A DNA stretch of 64,000 nucleotides from an uncultured Dehalococcoidia bacterium (GCA_950072105.1 CATMOE010000002.1:1-64000), one strand, 5' to 3'; shown: positions 38,227 to 48,187, numbered from the stretch's first letter. Program-made: numbers and translations. Notes: generated by a model not told the origin, from the sequence alone.

Positions 38227-38915
38227 GCCTGATCTACCCCATGGGTAAAATGCTGGGGCGGTTCTGCTTTGGCGGCTTCGGCAAGCTCAACGTGACCGGG
38301 CTGGAATGTGTCCCCCCGTTCGGTCCAGTCATTCTGATCGCCAACCATCTGTCCATCAACGACCCGCCGGTGTTGGTAGCGACGATCAACCGCCAGTTAA
38401 ACTTCATCGCCAAGCAAGAGTTGTTCCGTAACCCCGTTAGCCGGGCAATTCTAACGCGGTTTGGGGTGCACCCTTTCGACCGCTCCGGCCGGGCGGTGGA
38501 CATCATCAAGCTTACCTTGCGGCTGTTGGCCCAAGACCAAACGGTAGTGCTTTTCCCAGAAGGTACCCGCAGCCCCAATCATACTATGCAAAAAGGCTTG
38601 CCCGGGGCCGCTTATATAGCTATGAAATCTCAAGCGACCATTCTTCCCGTGGGTCTGGTAGGGACGGAAAACTTCCCGAGTTGGCGGATGGCCGTACCTT
38701 TATGCCGCATAGGAGTGAACATCGGTCAACCATTCAGCTTGCCATTGATCGAAGGCAGGCCCAGCCATGAGGTTTTGCAGAGTATGGCGGATATGATGAT
38801 GTCCCGAATCGCCGCCCTATTGCCGAAGAAATACCAAGGTGTCTACGGTTTGCCGTCGGCCGTGGATCCGGGGGCAGCTGGCCCTGAAGACGCAAGGGAA
38901 CCCGTCACGGGTTAA
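38223..38915 (+). CDS. plsC: 1-acyl-sn-glycerol-3-phosphate acyltransferase
   Basis: NHLSIND, FIAKQEL and FPEGTRS motifs; GTGA overlap with the cmk stop. Confidence 0.88.
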   Translation: MSLIYPMGKMLGRFCFGGFGKLNVTGLECVPPFGPVILIANHLSINDPPVLVATINRQLNFIAKQELFRNPVSRAILTRFGVHPFDRSGRAVDIIKLTLRLLAQDQTVVLFPEGTRSPNHTMQKGLPGAAYIAMKSQATILPVGLVGTENFPSWRMAVPLCRIGVNIGQPFSLPLIEGRPSHEVLQSMADMMMSRIAALLPKKYQGVYGLPSAVDPGAAGPEDAREPVTG

Positions 38916-39001
38916 AACTTTACCAAGCCAATGCCCGACCCGATCGCCCGGAAACCCTTGGGGCGCGATGCGGGAGCGGGACTGAGAATCGGGAGAAGGA
39001 A

Positions 39002-39220
39002 ATGCAACAGGCTTCCAAATTCGGCATCTACCTGAATGGCAAACAGCACCAGGTGGTGCGCATCAACTCGCCTTACTGGATCCCAGAAGAGCCCGACTGG
39101 GTTTTCCTAACTCCGGAGGTAAACGCCACCCTGCTGCAAATTCGTGAACTGGCTAAAGAGAATGGCGGCGCCTCTGATCCAGACTCCATCACTTGGGGCA
39201 GCCTGCCGCTCCTGGACTAA
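39002..39220 (+). CDS. Hypothetical protein (72 aa)
   Basis: GAAGGA RBS and typical codon usage; no motif recognised. Confidence 0.65.
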   Translation: MQQASKFGIYLNGKQHQVVRINSPYWIPEEPDWVFLTPEVNATLLQIRELAKENGGASDPDSITWGSLPLLD

Positions 39221-39241
39221 GGGGCCGCTGGCGCAGCGACG

Positions 39242-40408
39242 TTACCGGCCATTAGCCGTTTTAGAGAACGAGGGCATGACCTGGTCGGCGAATTTGGTGA
39301 GTTGGTCCTTGAAAACTTCCCGGGGCATTCCCATAACCGCTCCCAGGTTGACCCGCTCCACGCCAGGAAATTTCTCCTGAACGCCTTGGAGATGCTCGAT
39401 AATCATTTCCGCTGGGCCGCATAGCCAGCCGTGACCGGCAACCGCCTGCTCCAGAGAAGGTAGTTCCACGCCACGGGAGTGGGCCGGGTCGGCAACCGCC
39501 CCGATCTGCTCCGGCGTCAAGGGCGTCAGTCCCAACGGAGCCGCGAATTTCATCGCCTCCTCATAATAGGGGCGAGCCAATTCCATCGCCTTCTCTTGAG
39601 TGTCGGCGATAAAGAACCGGTACCCGATCGCCACGTCCTCTCCCAGTTCCTTGTCATGCCCATGGGCTTTGACCGCATCCCGGTAGAGTTTCATCCGATC
39701 GGCTAGAACGGAGTCAGAGTTGTTGGAGATAAGGGGCTTGATGCCCATCTTGGCCATGAAGTCGACGCCCCTGGGGTTTCCGCTAACCAAGGGCTGCCAG
39801 ATCTCTACGGGTTGGTTCACGGGCCGAGGCACCAGGCTCAGTTTCTCCAAATCGTAGCCCCGGTAGGGAACCTTCGCGGGAATCTGATAGTGCTTTCCCT
39901 CGTAGGAGAAGGACTCTTCCTGGAACGCCTTCAGTATGACCTCAACTTGCTCTTCAAACAGGTCCCGGTTGGCGTCTCCATCTAACATGGGCGAGCCGAA
40001 GGTTTCCACCTCTCGAGTGTGGTACCCACGGCCGACACCGAAGATGACCCGGCCTTTGGTCAGGATGTCGGCCATGGCAAAGTCTTCTGCCAAGCGCAAC
40101 GGATGCCACATCGGGGCGATGTTAAACCCGCAACCGAACTTCAGCCGTTCGGTCTGACTGGACAGATATAGGCTGAGCATCAAAAGATTGGGGATGCATT
40201 CGTACCCTTCGGGCTGGAAGTGATGCTCGGCCAGCCAGAACTCGTCATAGCCCAGCCGGTCCAGATGCTGCGCGATGTCCACCGACCAATCGAAGACCTG
40301 GGCCAGTTGATCGTTGGAGTACCACCGGTCGTTGGCCGCCGTACCGGCGAATCCCAGATTGTCGTCGAACACATGCCCGGCATAAGAAGCAGAGAAACTG
40401 TGAATCAT
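39242..40408 (-). CDS. LLM class flavin-dependent oxidoreductase
   Basis: WLAEHHFQPEGYECIPN and WHPLRLAEDFAMADILTKGRVIFGVGRGY motifs. Confidence 0.92.
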   Translation of the reverse strand: MIHSFSASYAGHVFDDNLGFAGTAANDRWYSNDQLAQVFDWSVDIAQHLDRLGYDEFWLAEHHFQPEGYECIPNLLMLSLYLSSQTERLKFGCGFNIAPMWHPLRLAEDFAMADILTKGRVIFGVGRGYHTREVETFGSPMLDGDANRDLFEEQVEVILKAFQEESFSYEGKHYQIPAKVPYRGYDLEKLSLVPRPVNQPVEIWQPLVSGNPRGVDFMAKMGIKPLISNNSDSVLADRMKLYRDAVKAHGHDKELGEDVAIGYRFFIADTQEKAMELARPYYEEAMKFAAPLGLTPLTPEQIGAVADPAHSRGVELPSLEQAVAGHGWLCGPAEMIIEHLQGVQEKFPGVERVNLGAVMGMPREVFKDQLTKFADQVMPSFSKTANGR

Positions 40409-40422
40409 CTAATCATTCCTGG

Positions 40423-41349
40423 CTACTGACTGGGCGCTTGGACGGGAGCGGGGTTGAACAGCTCCACTCCGATGGTGGCCGGGAAAACTTTGGCCAGTTC
40501 TTCCACCGTCCACCGGCTCTCTTTGTGGATGGTTCTTACCGGCTCCGGGTTGTTCATCAGGCTTACTAAGCCTTCGGTGACGTGGAAAACATGGCCGTTG
40601 ACGTGGGCCGCCTCATCGGAGGCCAACCAAGTAACCATGGGAGCGATGTCTTCGCCTTCACCACGCAGCCTCGGGGCCGAGCTGGCGGACCCGCCGATAC
40701 CCCGAGCCGCCCGTAGGTTCCGGGCTTCTTCCGGCACGGTCCCGGTCATGCGGGTGGCGGCGCCGGGAGATATGGAGTTGGAGGTGACGCCGTAACGTCC
40801 CATGTCCCGAGCCAGCACACGGGTGAGTCCGGCGATGCCGTCCTTGGCCGCCCCGTAATTGGCCTGGCCCGAGTTTCCGTACAGACCGGACACCGACGTG
40901 AAAGTTATTATCCTTCCCGATCGTTGCTGCCGGTAAAGGATGCAGGCGTGCTTGACAACGGAGAAGGTGCCCTTCAAGTGGACCGCGATCACGTCGTCCC
41001 ATTCTTCTTCGCTCATATTGAAGACCATGCGGTCCCGAAGGATCCCGGCGCAGGTTACGACGATATCCAGCTTGCCGTAATTTTCCACCGCGGTCTGGAC
41101 GATCCTCTCGCCGCCATCCATCGTGACAACCGATTCTAAACACGCTGTGGCTTCGCCGCCGGCCTGCTTGATCTCGGATACCACGGAACCGGCGAATGAG
41201 TTGTCGGCGCCGGTGCCGTCGACGTTGACACCCGGGTCCACCACCACTACTTTCGCCCCTTGTTCGGCCATCAGCATGGCGATGCCCCGTCCGATTCCCC
41301 GGCCAGAGCCGGTCACTATTGCTACTTTGTCTTGAAGTAAGTTTGCCAT
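40423..41349 (-). CDS. SDR oxidoreductase (hydroxyacyl-CoA dehydrogenase/MFE-2-like), paralog 2
   Basis: TGSGRGIG, AGILRDR and GQANYGAAK motifs. Confidence 0.92.
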   Translation of the reverse strand: MANLLQDKVAIVTGSGRGIGRGIAMLMAEQGAKVVVVDPGVNVDGTGADNSFAGSVVSEIKQAGGEATACLESVVTMDGGERIVQTAVENYGKLDIVVTCAGILRDRMVFNMSEEEWDDVIAVHLKGTFSVVKHACILYRQQRSGRIITFTSVSGLYGNSGQANYGAAKDGIAGLTRVLARDMGRYGVTSNSISPGAATRMTGTVPEEARNLRAARGIGGSASSAPRLRGEGEDIAPMVTWLASDEAAHVNGHVFHVTEGLVSLMNNPEPVRTIHKESRWTVEELAKVFPATIGVELFNPAPVQAPSQ

Positions 41350-41417
41350 CTTTCCGCTACCTCAGATTCCTAAACTAAATATGCTGCTGCTCTGATAAAC
41401 CCAACCGGCTGAGATAC

Positions 41418-42335
41418 CTATGTTGCCGGCGCCGGGTTGTAGATGTCTTTGGTCAGGTAGTTTCGGGCTTGAGACGATAGGTCGTCCATGTCCCAATGAC
41501 CGTCCGAACAATAGATCGCTTGCATGGGCCTGGGCTGGGACATCAATGACACCGTATCTCCATAAACCAAAAAGGTTTGTCCGTTCACGTTGGAGGCAAA
41601 GTCGGTCGCTAGATAGCAAACGAAGGGCGCGATGCCGTCCGGGTCTAGATGCTGTGGCTCGTTGCCATCGTCCAGGGATGCCACTCCACTCCTGGACCTT
41701 AATTCCGCGGCGCTGTCGGGAATGGCGCCGATCATTCGGGTCTGGGCGCGTGGTGCGATGGAATTGGCCGTGGCGCCGTAACGCCCCATGTCCTTGGCCA
41801 CCACCTTGGTGAAGCCGGCGATGCCGGACTTGGCCGCGCCGTAGTTGGCCTGGCCCGAGTTGCCCACGAGTCCCGACTGGGAGCTGAAGGTAATGACCCG
41901 GCCGGACCGTTGTTGGCGGAACAGGATACAGGCATGTTTAACAACCGTGAAAGTCCCCTTCAGGTGGACCGCGATCACGTCGTCCCATTCTTGCTCGGAC
42001 ATGTTGAAGATCATGCGGTCACGGAGGATCCCGGCGCAGGTAACGACAATGTCCAAGCGCCCGTAGTTGTCCACGGCGGTCTGGACGATCCTCTCGCCGC
42101 CATCCATCGTGACAACCGACTCCAGGCATGCGATTGCCGTCCCGCCGGCTTGCTGGATCTCCGACACCACCGTCTCGGCGATGGACTGGTCGGCCCCGGT
42201 CCCGTCCACGTTGACCCCTGGGTCAACAACCACGACCTTGGCCCCTTCCTCGGCCATCAGCATTGCTACCCCCCGGCCGATACCCCGGCCGGCGCCGGTC
42301 ACGATGGCCACCTTGTCTTTGAGCATGTCTACCAT
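41418..42335 (-). CDS. SDR oxidoreductase (hydroxyacyl-CoA dehydrogenase/MFE-2-like), paralog 1
   Basis: TGAGRGIG, AGILRDR and GQANYGAAK motifs. Confidence 0.92.
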   Translation of the reverse strand: MVDMLKDKVAIVTGAGRGIGRGVAMLMAEEGAKVVVVDPGVNVDGTGADQSIAETVVSEIQQAGGTAIACLESVVTMDGGERIVQTAVDNYGRLDIVVTCAGILRDRMIFNMSEQEWDDVIAVHLKGTFTVVKHACILFRQQRSGRVITFSSQSGLVGNSGQANYGAAKSGIAGFTKVVAKDMGRYGATANSIAPRAQTRMIGAIPDSAAELRSRSGVASLDDGNEPQHLDPDGIAPFVCYLATDFASNVNGQTFLVYGDTVSLMSQPRPMQAIYCSDGHWDMDDLSSQARNYLTKDIYNPAPAT

Positions 42336-42399
42336 AACGGCCTCCTTGGCCTTTACTTAGAAATCGTTTGCCTAAACAGCCCAATGGCCGTCTAAATAA

Positions 42400-42479
42400 G
42401 TGGTTCGCCCCGATTTATCAGGGTCACCACGGATGGTGCGAGTCCACTTTTTCCCGTTCGACGTAAGCCTGTCGAACGA
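42400..42479. repeat. REP-like doublet, copy 2 (inverted relative to 8496-8576)
   Basis: GTGGTTCGCCCCGATTTATCAGGGTCACCACGGATGG plus CCGTTCGACGTAAGCCTGTCGAACG. Confidence 0.65.
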
Positions 42480-42603
42480 TCGGGTCCTACAGTTTTTAAA
42501 TGGCTTCCAACAACTGCGTTGGTGGTCTGCCGGAGAAAGTATCGCCGGCTCGCAGGCCCGCCGAAACTGAGCGGCGCAACAAGACGACGCTTCAGCCCAG
42601 CCC

Positions 42604-43032
42604 TTACCGGGAAGGCAACTCCACGGTGGCCGACCCCGGCGTAGTCTTTTGACCCTCGGTGTTCTCCAGCCATATCTCGCAGTCCACCAGGTTCCGGCCG
42701 TCCTCCTGGTATTTGCGGGTTACGGAACCTTTGGCGGTTATTGGCTGACCAGGGGAGTCCATACCGCGATATTGGCATGACAGCATCGCCAAGGTGCCCA
42801 ACGGCCCCATCCAATCGGTCATGTATTGGCCCAGGAAAGCGTTCTTCAAGGCGCCGTGAAGAATCACGTCGTCCAGCCCGTTTCCCTTGGCAAAATCCTT
42901 ATCGTAATGAATCTGGTAATAATCTCCGGACGCGCCAGCGTACTTCACTAGTTGTTGAGTCGTGGGATTTTTTACCAGGGGCGGCATGTCCGTCCCTTCG
43001 GAAACATCTTCCCAGTAGATCTGGTCTGCCAT
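42604..43032 (-). CDS. MaoC-like (R)-hydratase/dehydratase, catalytic hot-dog subunit
   Basis: YAGASGDYYQIHYD...ILHG hydratase-2 motif. Confidence 0.9.
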   Translation of the reverse strand: MADQIYWEDVSEGTDMPPLVKNPTTQQLVKYAGASGDYYQIHYDKDFAKGNGLDDVILHGALKNAFLGQYMTDWMGPLGTLAMLSCQYRGMDSPGQPITAKGSVTRKYQEDGRNLVDCEIWLENTEGQKTTPGSATVELPSR

Positions 43033-43042
43033 GTTCAAACCC

Positions 43043-43501
43043 TCAGTAGCGAATTCCGTTCGATGTCTGGGTAGCCACCACCTGGTCGAGTTGATTCGTG
43101 TACGTGGTGACGGTCGTGGTGATAATCATCACGCCCAACCGGCCGGTACGTTCGTTGATATTTTCGATCCGGGCCACGACGGTGATCCGGTCGCCTGGCC
43201 GGACCGGATGGAAATAACGCCACTCGCTACCACCGTCCAACATTCTGTCGAAGGGCAATTCAAACGGTAGCGCTACCCTATATGCGCCCATCGACCGTAA
43301 AAAGGTCGGCGGGGCAACCAGGCCTCCGTATTTGCTCTTGCGGGCCTCAGCTTCGTCATTGAAGATTGGGTTCTCGTCCCCAATGGCCTGGGCGAACTTG
43401 ATGATTGCCCCCTTCTCTACATCCGTGGTGAAGGGTTGGCTTTCAAGTCCGATGGCTTGTTGCCGCATCTCTTCGGTAAGTGCTGGACTGGTAGTGGACA
43501 C
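43043..43501 (-). CDS. MaoC dehydratase N-terminal (FAS1-like/HadA-type) hot-dog subunit
   Basis: IIKFAQAIGDENP, APPTF and DGGSEWRYFHPVRPGD motifs; GGAGG RBS before GTG at 43501. Confidence 0.88.
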   Translation of the reverse strand: MSTTSPALTEEMRQQAIGLESQPFTTDVEKGAIIKFAQAIGDENPIFNDEAEARKSKYGGLVAPPTFLRSMGAYRVALPFELPFDRMLDGGSEWRYFHPVRPGDRITVVARIENINERTGRLGVMIITTTVTTYTNQLDQVVATQTSNGIRY

Positions 43502-43671
43502 CTGGTACCTCCATCGCCAATGGCAGGCCAAAGTCTACCGTGAGCCAGAAATAGTGTCAAGAATTATGGGCGGACCTATTACCAATGCGAATCATATGCC
43601 GCAAACCTGCACAAATACTGTTTATCTTTCGATTATTCGGCGACTTAACAACATTTCCAAGATGGAACAGT

Positions 43672-43689
43672 TTGTGAAATCTTTCTCAT
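43672..43689. promoter_or_regulatory. Rex/Crp-like operator upstream of the usp gene
   Basis: TTGTGAAATCTTTCTCAT, two mismatches to TTGTGAA-N4-TTCACAA, next to TTGACA at 43702-43707. Confidence 0.4.
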
Positions 43690-43816
43690 CGCCGTAACCT
43701 ATTGACAGCAGTGTAAAGCCATGAAACGATAATATATATTAGATATAACGATAAAGATGCAGTCCTTGATAAAATTTCTGGGTATTTAAGTCTGGTATGG
43801 CGCTGGGAGGTGTTCC

Positions 43817-44341
43817 ATGAAACCAAAGGGACTCATACCCATAAGTTACGAAGTGGCGCTGAAGCGGGAGCCGCCTCTATGGGGCGGCTCCCTGTACAAC
43901 AAGATATTGGTCCCCTTGGACAAGTCGTCGGAGGCCGAGGACGTGCTTCCCATGGCCCAAGAACTCCTCAACCCCGAAGGCGAAGGCATCCTATTACACG
44001 TTATCCCCCGGTGTAAATCGCGGGAATCGAACAACGACCCCGGCTCGATTCAATCACGGAAACAGGTCCGCCGCAACAAGACCATGGGATACCTTCTGTG
44101 CGCCCGAAGCTATCTTGTCGAGACGATGGGCCGCTGGCGGTGTGAGGTAGTGGTAGCGGATTCGGTGGCCGAGGGTATCGCAAGCTTCGCCATGCGGGAG
44201 GGCGTGGACATTGTGGCCATGTACACCCATGACCGCAAGGGGATAGCCAAGCTGATCAAAAAAAGCATCGCCGAGAAGGTCCAAAAAAGTGGGCCCGTTG
44301 AGGTACGAGTGCTGAGGCCACGGGAGTTGGTCTCTAGGTGA
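43817..44341 (+). CDS. Universal stress protein
   Basis: YNKILVPLD.S, LLHV and DIVAMYTH..KG....KSIAEKV motifs. Confidence 0.85.
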   Translation: MKPKGLIPISYEVALKREPPLWGGSLYNKILVPLDKSSEAEDVLPMAQELLNPEGEGILLHVIPRCKSRESNNDPGSIQSRKQVRRNKTMGYLLCARSYLVETMGRWRCEVVVADSVAEGIASFAMREGVDIVAMYTHDRKGIAKLIKKSIAEKVQKSGPVEVRVLRPRELVSR

Positions 44342-44392
44342 GCTAGTTTGCCCGGCAAGCGGCAATAGAGTATAAGTTAGGAGGATTTTGCG

Positions 44393-44689
44393 ATGTTCGT
44401 CCGGATGGTTTGGGGGAAGCTACGGCCTGGTTCCTGGGCCGATTATGAACGGCATTACCACGAAAATGTGGTCAACGCGCCTAGCCCGATCAAAGGCCTA
44501 CGCGAGCGCCAACTTCTACGGAGCACCGAAGACCCTGACGAAGGGGTTTCCGTGAGCATCTGGGACACCTTGGAGGACATGCGCAGCTACGAAACCGGCG
44601 AGTTTCGACAGAAGATGGCCCAAGAAGTGGAGAATCTGTATAGGGGCGAGTATTGGGTCAAACACTTCGAGGTTGCCGACAGCCAATAA
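44393..44689 (+). CDS. Antibiotic biosynthesis monooxygenase (ABM) family protein
   Basis: 98 aa, ...KGL....LLRS.EDPDEG.S.SIW.T.E pattern; AGGAGG RBS. Confidence 0.8.
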   Translation: MFVRMVWGKLRPGSWADYERHYHENVVNAPSPIKGLRERQLLRSTEDPDEGVSVSIWDTLEDMRSYETGEFRQKMAQEVENLYRGEYWVKHFEVADSQ

Positions 44690-44872
44690 TAGTTACCCAC
44701 ACAGGCGGCGCCGGCACGCTGGACCGCCCGGTCTGGGTGTTAATCTTTCGTCCGCCGTGATACCTTAAGTCAGCCAACAGCCAAAGGGGACCACCTATTT
44801 TCTAGCGGTGGTCCCCTTTGGCTACTTACCAGAGTTGGCCTCTTACTACCCTGCCTTTTACGGAGATTCGGC

Positions 44873-45814
44873 ATGGAGTTCGGCTTCTATCTGCCCAGCA
44901 GCGGCCCCACGGCCCAGCCCGAGCCTTTGGCGGAGATCGCCCGGAGGGGTGACCGGCTGGGATTCCACTCTATGGTTGCCGGAGACCACATATTGGTGCC
45001 TAAGTCCGTGGATTCGCCGTATCCATACACCGTCGGCGGCGTGTTTTCCGGAGCGCCTTCGGGCGAGTATTTTGAGCAACTCACCTTGTTGACGTTTTTG
45101 GCCGGGATCACTCAGAACATCCGCCTGGTGCCCAGCGTGATGATCGTGCCCTACCGCAACCCCTTGTTGGCCGCCAAGATCCTAGCGACCATCGATGTCC
45201 TCTCCAACGGACGTCTGACCCTGGGGGTGGGGGTAGGCTGGATGGAGGAAGAATTCCAAGCCCTTAACGCTCCTCCCTTCGCCGAACGGGGAGCGGTGAC
45301 CAACGAATACATTCAGGCTTTCAAGGAACTGTGGACCGCCGACAACCCTACTTTCAACGGCAAATACTACCAATTCTCCGATATCAACTTCCTGCCCAAG
45401 CCGGTGCAGAAGCCCCATCCGCCCATCTGGGTTGGGGGCCAGAGCCGCCGGGCGATACGCCGGGCCGCTGAGTTGGGCAACGGCTGGCACCCGGTGGGGA
45501 CCATACCCGCCGCGCCCATGGAACCCGAAGACCTGGCCCAAGATCTGGTGAGGCTGCGGCGCTACGCCGAAGAGGCGGAACGCGACCCCGCCGAACTGGA
45601 CGTGGCGATGAAAGCCCCCTTGTATGACCCGGATATCGCCGGCTCAGGTAGCCGCCGGCGCTTTGCCGGTGAACCGGAGCAGGTCCTTCAGGACATCCAA
45701 ACTTACACCGACGTCGGCGTCACCCACATCATTTTCGACATACGCAGCGATGATTTGAACCAGACCACCGACCGTATGGCCTGGTTCGCCGAGGACATCA
45801 TGGCACAAGTCTGA
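44873..45814 (+). CDS. LLM class F420-dependent-type oxidoreductase
   Basis: GDHILVP, PYRNPLLAAKILATIDVLSNGRLTLGVGVGW and PKPVQKPHPPIWVGG motifs. Confidence 0.9.
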   Translation: MEFGFYLPSSGPTAQPEPLAEIARRGDRLGFHSMVAGDHILVPKSVDSPYPYTVGGVFSGAPSGEYFEQLTLLTFLAGITQNIRLVPSVMIVPYRNPLLAAKILATIDVLSNGRLTLGVGVGWMEEEFQALNAPPFAERGAVTNEYIQAFKELWTADNPTFNGKYYQFSDINFLPKPVQKPHPPIWVGGQSRRAIRRAAELGNGWHPVGTIPAAPMEPEDLAQDLVRLRRYAEEAERDPAELDVAMKAPLYDPDIAGSGSRRRFAGEPEQVLQDIQTYTDVGVTHIIFDIRSDDLNQTTDRMAWFAEDIMAQV

Positions 45815-45943
45815 CGGCCTGGGGTCCGTAAACCTGCTATTCAAGCTGCCCGCGGCGTTCCGCTGGGGTATAATCTCGATAGAAATCTAGAGATGAGAAT
45901 CCGGATACGCCGACTCTCTTATGACATACAAGGAGGCCCAACA

Positions 45944-46744
45944 TTGACCACGTTGGACGATCGGTTTGAAAAGGGTCTAGCCATACGCACATAGATGGCG
46001 GGTGGCGACCGCAGTCACTTTACTTTGCCGGGGATCGATCAATTGGCGCCGGACTTGAAGAGGATCATCGACGAAGCCCTGTTCGGGTCCATCTGGACCC
46101 GGCCGGCTTTGGAGCCACCGCGTCGGGTGATATGCACCATATCGGCGTTGATGGCCCTGGGTCAGTTGCCTTTGCTAAAACGGCACATCGAGCGAGGCCT
46201 GAATCTGGGCCTGACTCCGTCGGAAGTAGTGGAAGTATTTATTCAATTGACCTTTTACGTGGGCGTCCCCGCCGTGGAAACCGCGATGCGCATCGCCAAG
46301 GAGATCTTCGAAGAGCAGGGGATCCATTTCACTCCCAGCCTGGTATACGACACTAACCAATCGGTGGAAAGCCTTTACGAGCAGGGGGAGGCCACCCACC
46401 GTGAGCACATGGGGGATGTATTCGCATATGAAAACGACGACCCCGACTCGGAAGAGTCTCAACTGGACCGCCTGATCACCGAGTATCACTGGGGGGCGAT
46501 CTACAACCGGCCCACCCTGAGCGCCAAGGACCGGGCCCTGTGCGCCCTGTCGGCCATGACCGTCATGGGCCGCTACGACCGGCAGATCCGCAGCCGCATC
46601 GAGGGGGCCCTCCGGGTTGGCATGACTCCCTCCGAGGTCATGGAAGTCTTCATCCAGGTGATGCTGTACGGCGGCTACTTCACCACCCGGGCGGCCATGC
46701 GGATCGCTCGTTCGGTGTTTACCGAGCAGGGAATCGCCAGCTAA
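45944..46744 (+). CDS. Double carboxymuconolactone decarboxylase (CMD/AhpD) domain protein; in-frame TAG at 45992-45994
   Basis: AAGGAGG RBS plus TTG at 45944 gives MTTLDDRFEKGLAIRT*MAGG; two copies of the FG.IW.RP.L / FIQ...Y.G.P CMD pattern. Confidence 0.8.
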
Positions 46745-46783
46745 CCTGAACCGGAGTAATCGAAATATTCGTAAGGGGTACCG

Positions 46784-47584
46784 ATGAAGCTCCAGTTAGA
46801 CGACGGGGCCGAGCTTTTTTACACAGTCGACGACTTTACCGACCCGTGGACCCAGCCGGAGACGGTGGTGTTGCACCACGGGATGGCCAAGAGCCACAAG
46901 ATGTGGTTCGGCTGGGTGCCCATCCTGGCCCGTCATTACCGGGTGATCCGGTTCGACATGAGGGGCATGGGCCAATCGTCGGTGCCCGAGACGGACTACT
47001 CTTGGACACTAGATAACTTCGCCAATGACCTGCTAGGCGTTCTGGACAAATTGGAACTGGAGCAGGTTCACCTGATCGGAGAAACAGTGGGCGGTTCCAT
47101 CTCCATGCGATTTGCCACCATGCACCAGGAACGCCTGCTGTCCCTGACGGCCTGCACCTCTCCCACCAGCTTCAACGACCAACATCACGGAGAAAGCGCC
47201 GATCTGATCGAACGTGAGGGGGTGGCCGCGTGGGTGGAGAGCACCATCACCCGACGGCTGGACCCTCAGATCGTAGACCCGGCGTACATCCGCTGGTATG
47301 CCGCCCAGATGGCGGCCACGCCGGCCAGCGTGGTTGGGGGATTCCAGAGAAACGCGTCTGGGGATATTGGGCCACTTCTCAAAGACGTGAACACACCCAC
47401 TCTGATACTGGCCGCGGCCAGCTTAAGAGAAGAGGTCCTGGGTGATTTCCGGGGGGCGGCGGATCTGTTTCCCAACGGCCGGCTGGTGGTATTTCCTGGA
47501 GTAACCGGCTTCGTCCAGCATATCCTCCCGGTGCCCTGCGCCCGAGTGTGGTTGGATTTCGCCGGCGGTCTGAAGACATCCTAG
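46784..47584 (+). CDS. Alpha/beta fold hydrolase
   Basis: VLHHG, RFDMRGMGQS and HLIGETVGG (Thr at the nucleophile elbow). Confidence 0.88.
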   Translation: MKLQLDDGAELFYTVDDFTDPWTQPETVVLHHGMAKSHKMWFGWVPILARHYRVIRFDMRGMGQSSVPETDYSWTLDNFANDLLGVLDKLELEQVHLIGETVGGSISMRFATMHQERLLSLTACTSPTSFNDQHHGESADLIEREGVAAWVESTITRRLDPQIVDPAYIRWYAAQMAATPASVVGGFQRNASGDIGPLLKDVNTPTLILAAASLREEVLGDFRGAADLFPNGRLVVFPGVTGFVQHILPVPCARVWLDFAGGLKTS

Positions 47585-47611
47585 CGGGCGCAAAAGGGAC
47601 CCCTAGGAAAG

Positions 47612-48187
47612 ATGTCTAGCGACAACCGGGAATTCAGTTTGCCTCGGCGTGTCTGGAACCTCATCCATAGATCTTCGTCTTCCTTGGCTATCATAGACCC
47701 CCAGTTCCGCCGCCAACCCAGCCGCTACTTTGTCCAAGGTGGTCTGGCCACCATCGGGATGTTCGCGGTCCTGCTGTTTGTCGATTCCTTTTCCGATGCC
47801 GCATTGGTCGCCGCGCTGGGAGCCAGCGTGGTTATCATCTTTGTTCATCCTACCAGCAAGTTAGGCGCGCCCCGGGCGTTGGTGGGAGGTCACTTACTCG
47901 GACTGCTGATAGGATCAGTCTTTTCGCTAATCTTGTTCGCCCCACCGGTAAACGCCTTTTTAGAAGGAGTGCAGGTGCTTCGGGACTTGGCTCTTGCTGC
48001 TTCAGTAGGGGCAGTGATTGTCTTGATGGCGATAACCGACACCGAGCATCCTCCTGCCGGTGGCACGGTCCTGGGCATGTCTACCAGAGTCTTTGACCCT
48101 TCTATTTTCGCCATAATCATCGGCGCCGTTATCGTGCTGGCGGTGACCAAGCGCGTACTGAGAAGATATTTGCGCGACTTGATGTAA
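47612..48187 (+). CDS. HPP family membrane protein
   Basis: ALGAS, PRALVGGH and TEHPPAGG motifs. Confidence 0.9.
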   Translation: MSSDNREFSLPRRVWNLIHRSSSSLAIIDPQFRRQPSRYFVQGGLATIGMFAVLLFVDSFSDAALVAALGASVVIIFVHPTSKLGAPRALVGGHLLGLLIGSVFSLILFAPPVNAFLEGVQVLRDLALAASVGAVIVLMAITDTEHPPAGGTVLGMSTRVFDPSIFAIIIGAVIVLAVTKRVLRRYLRDLM

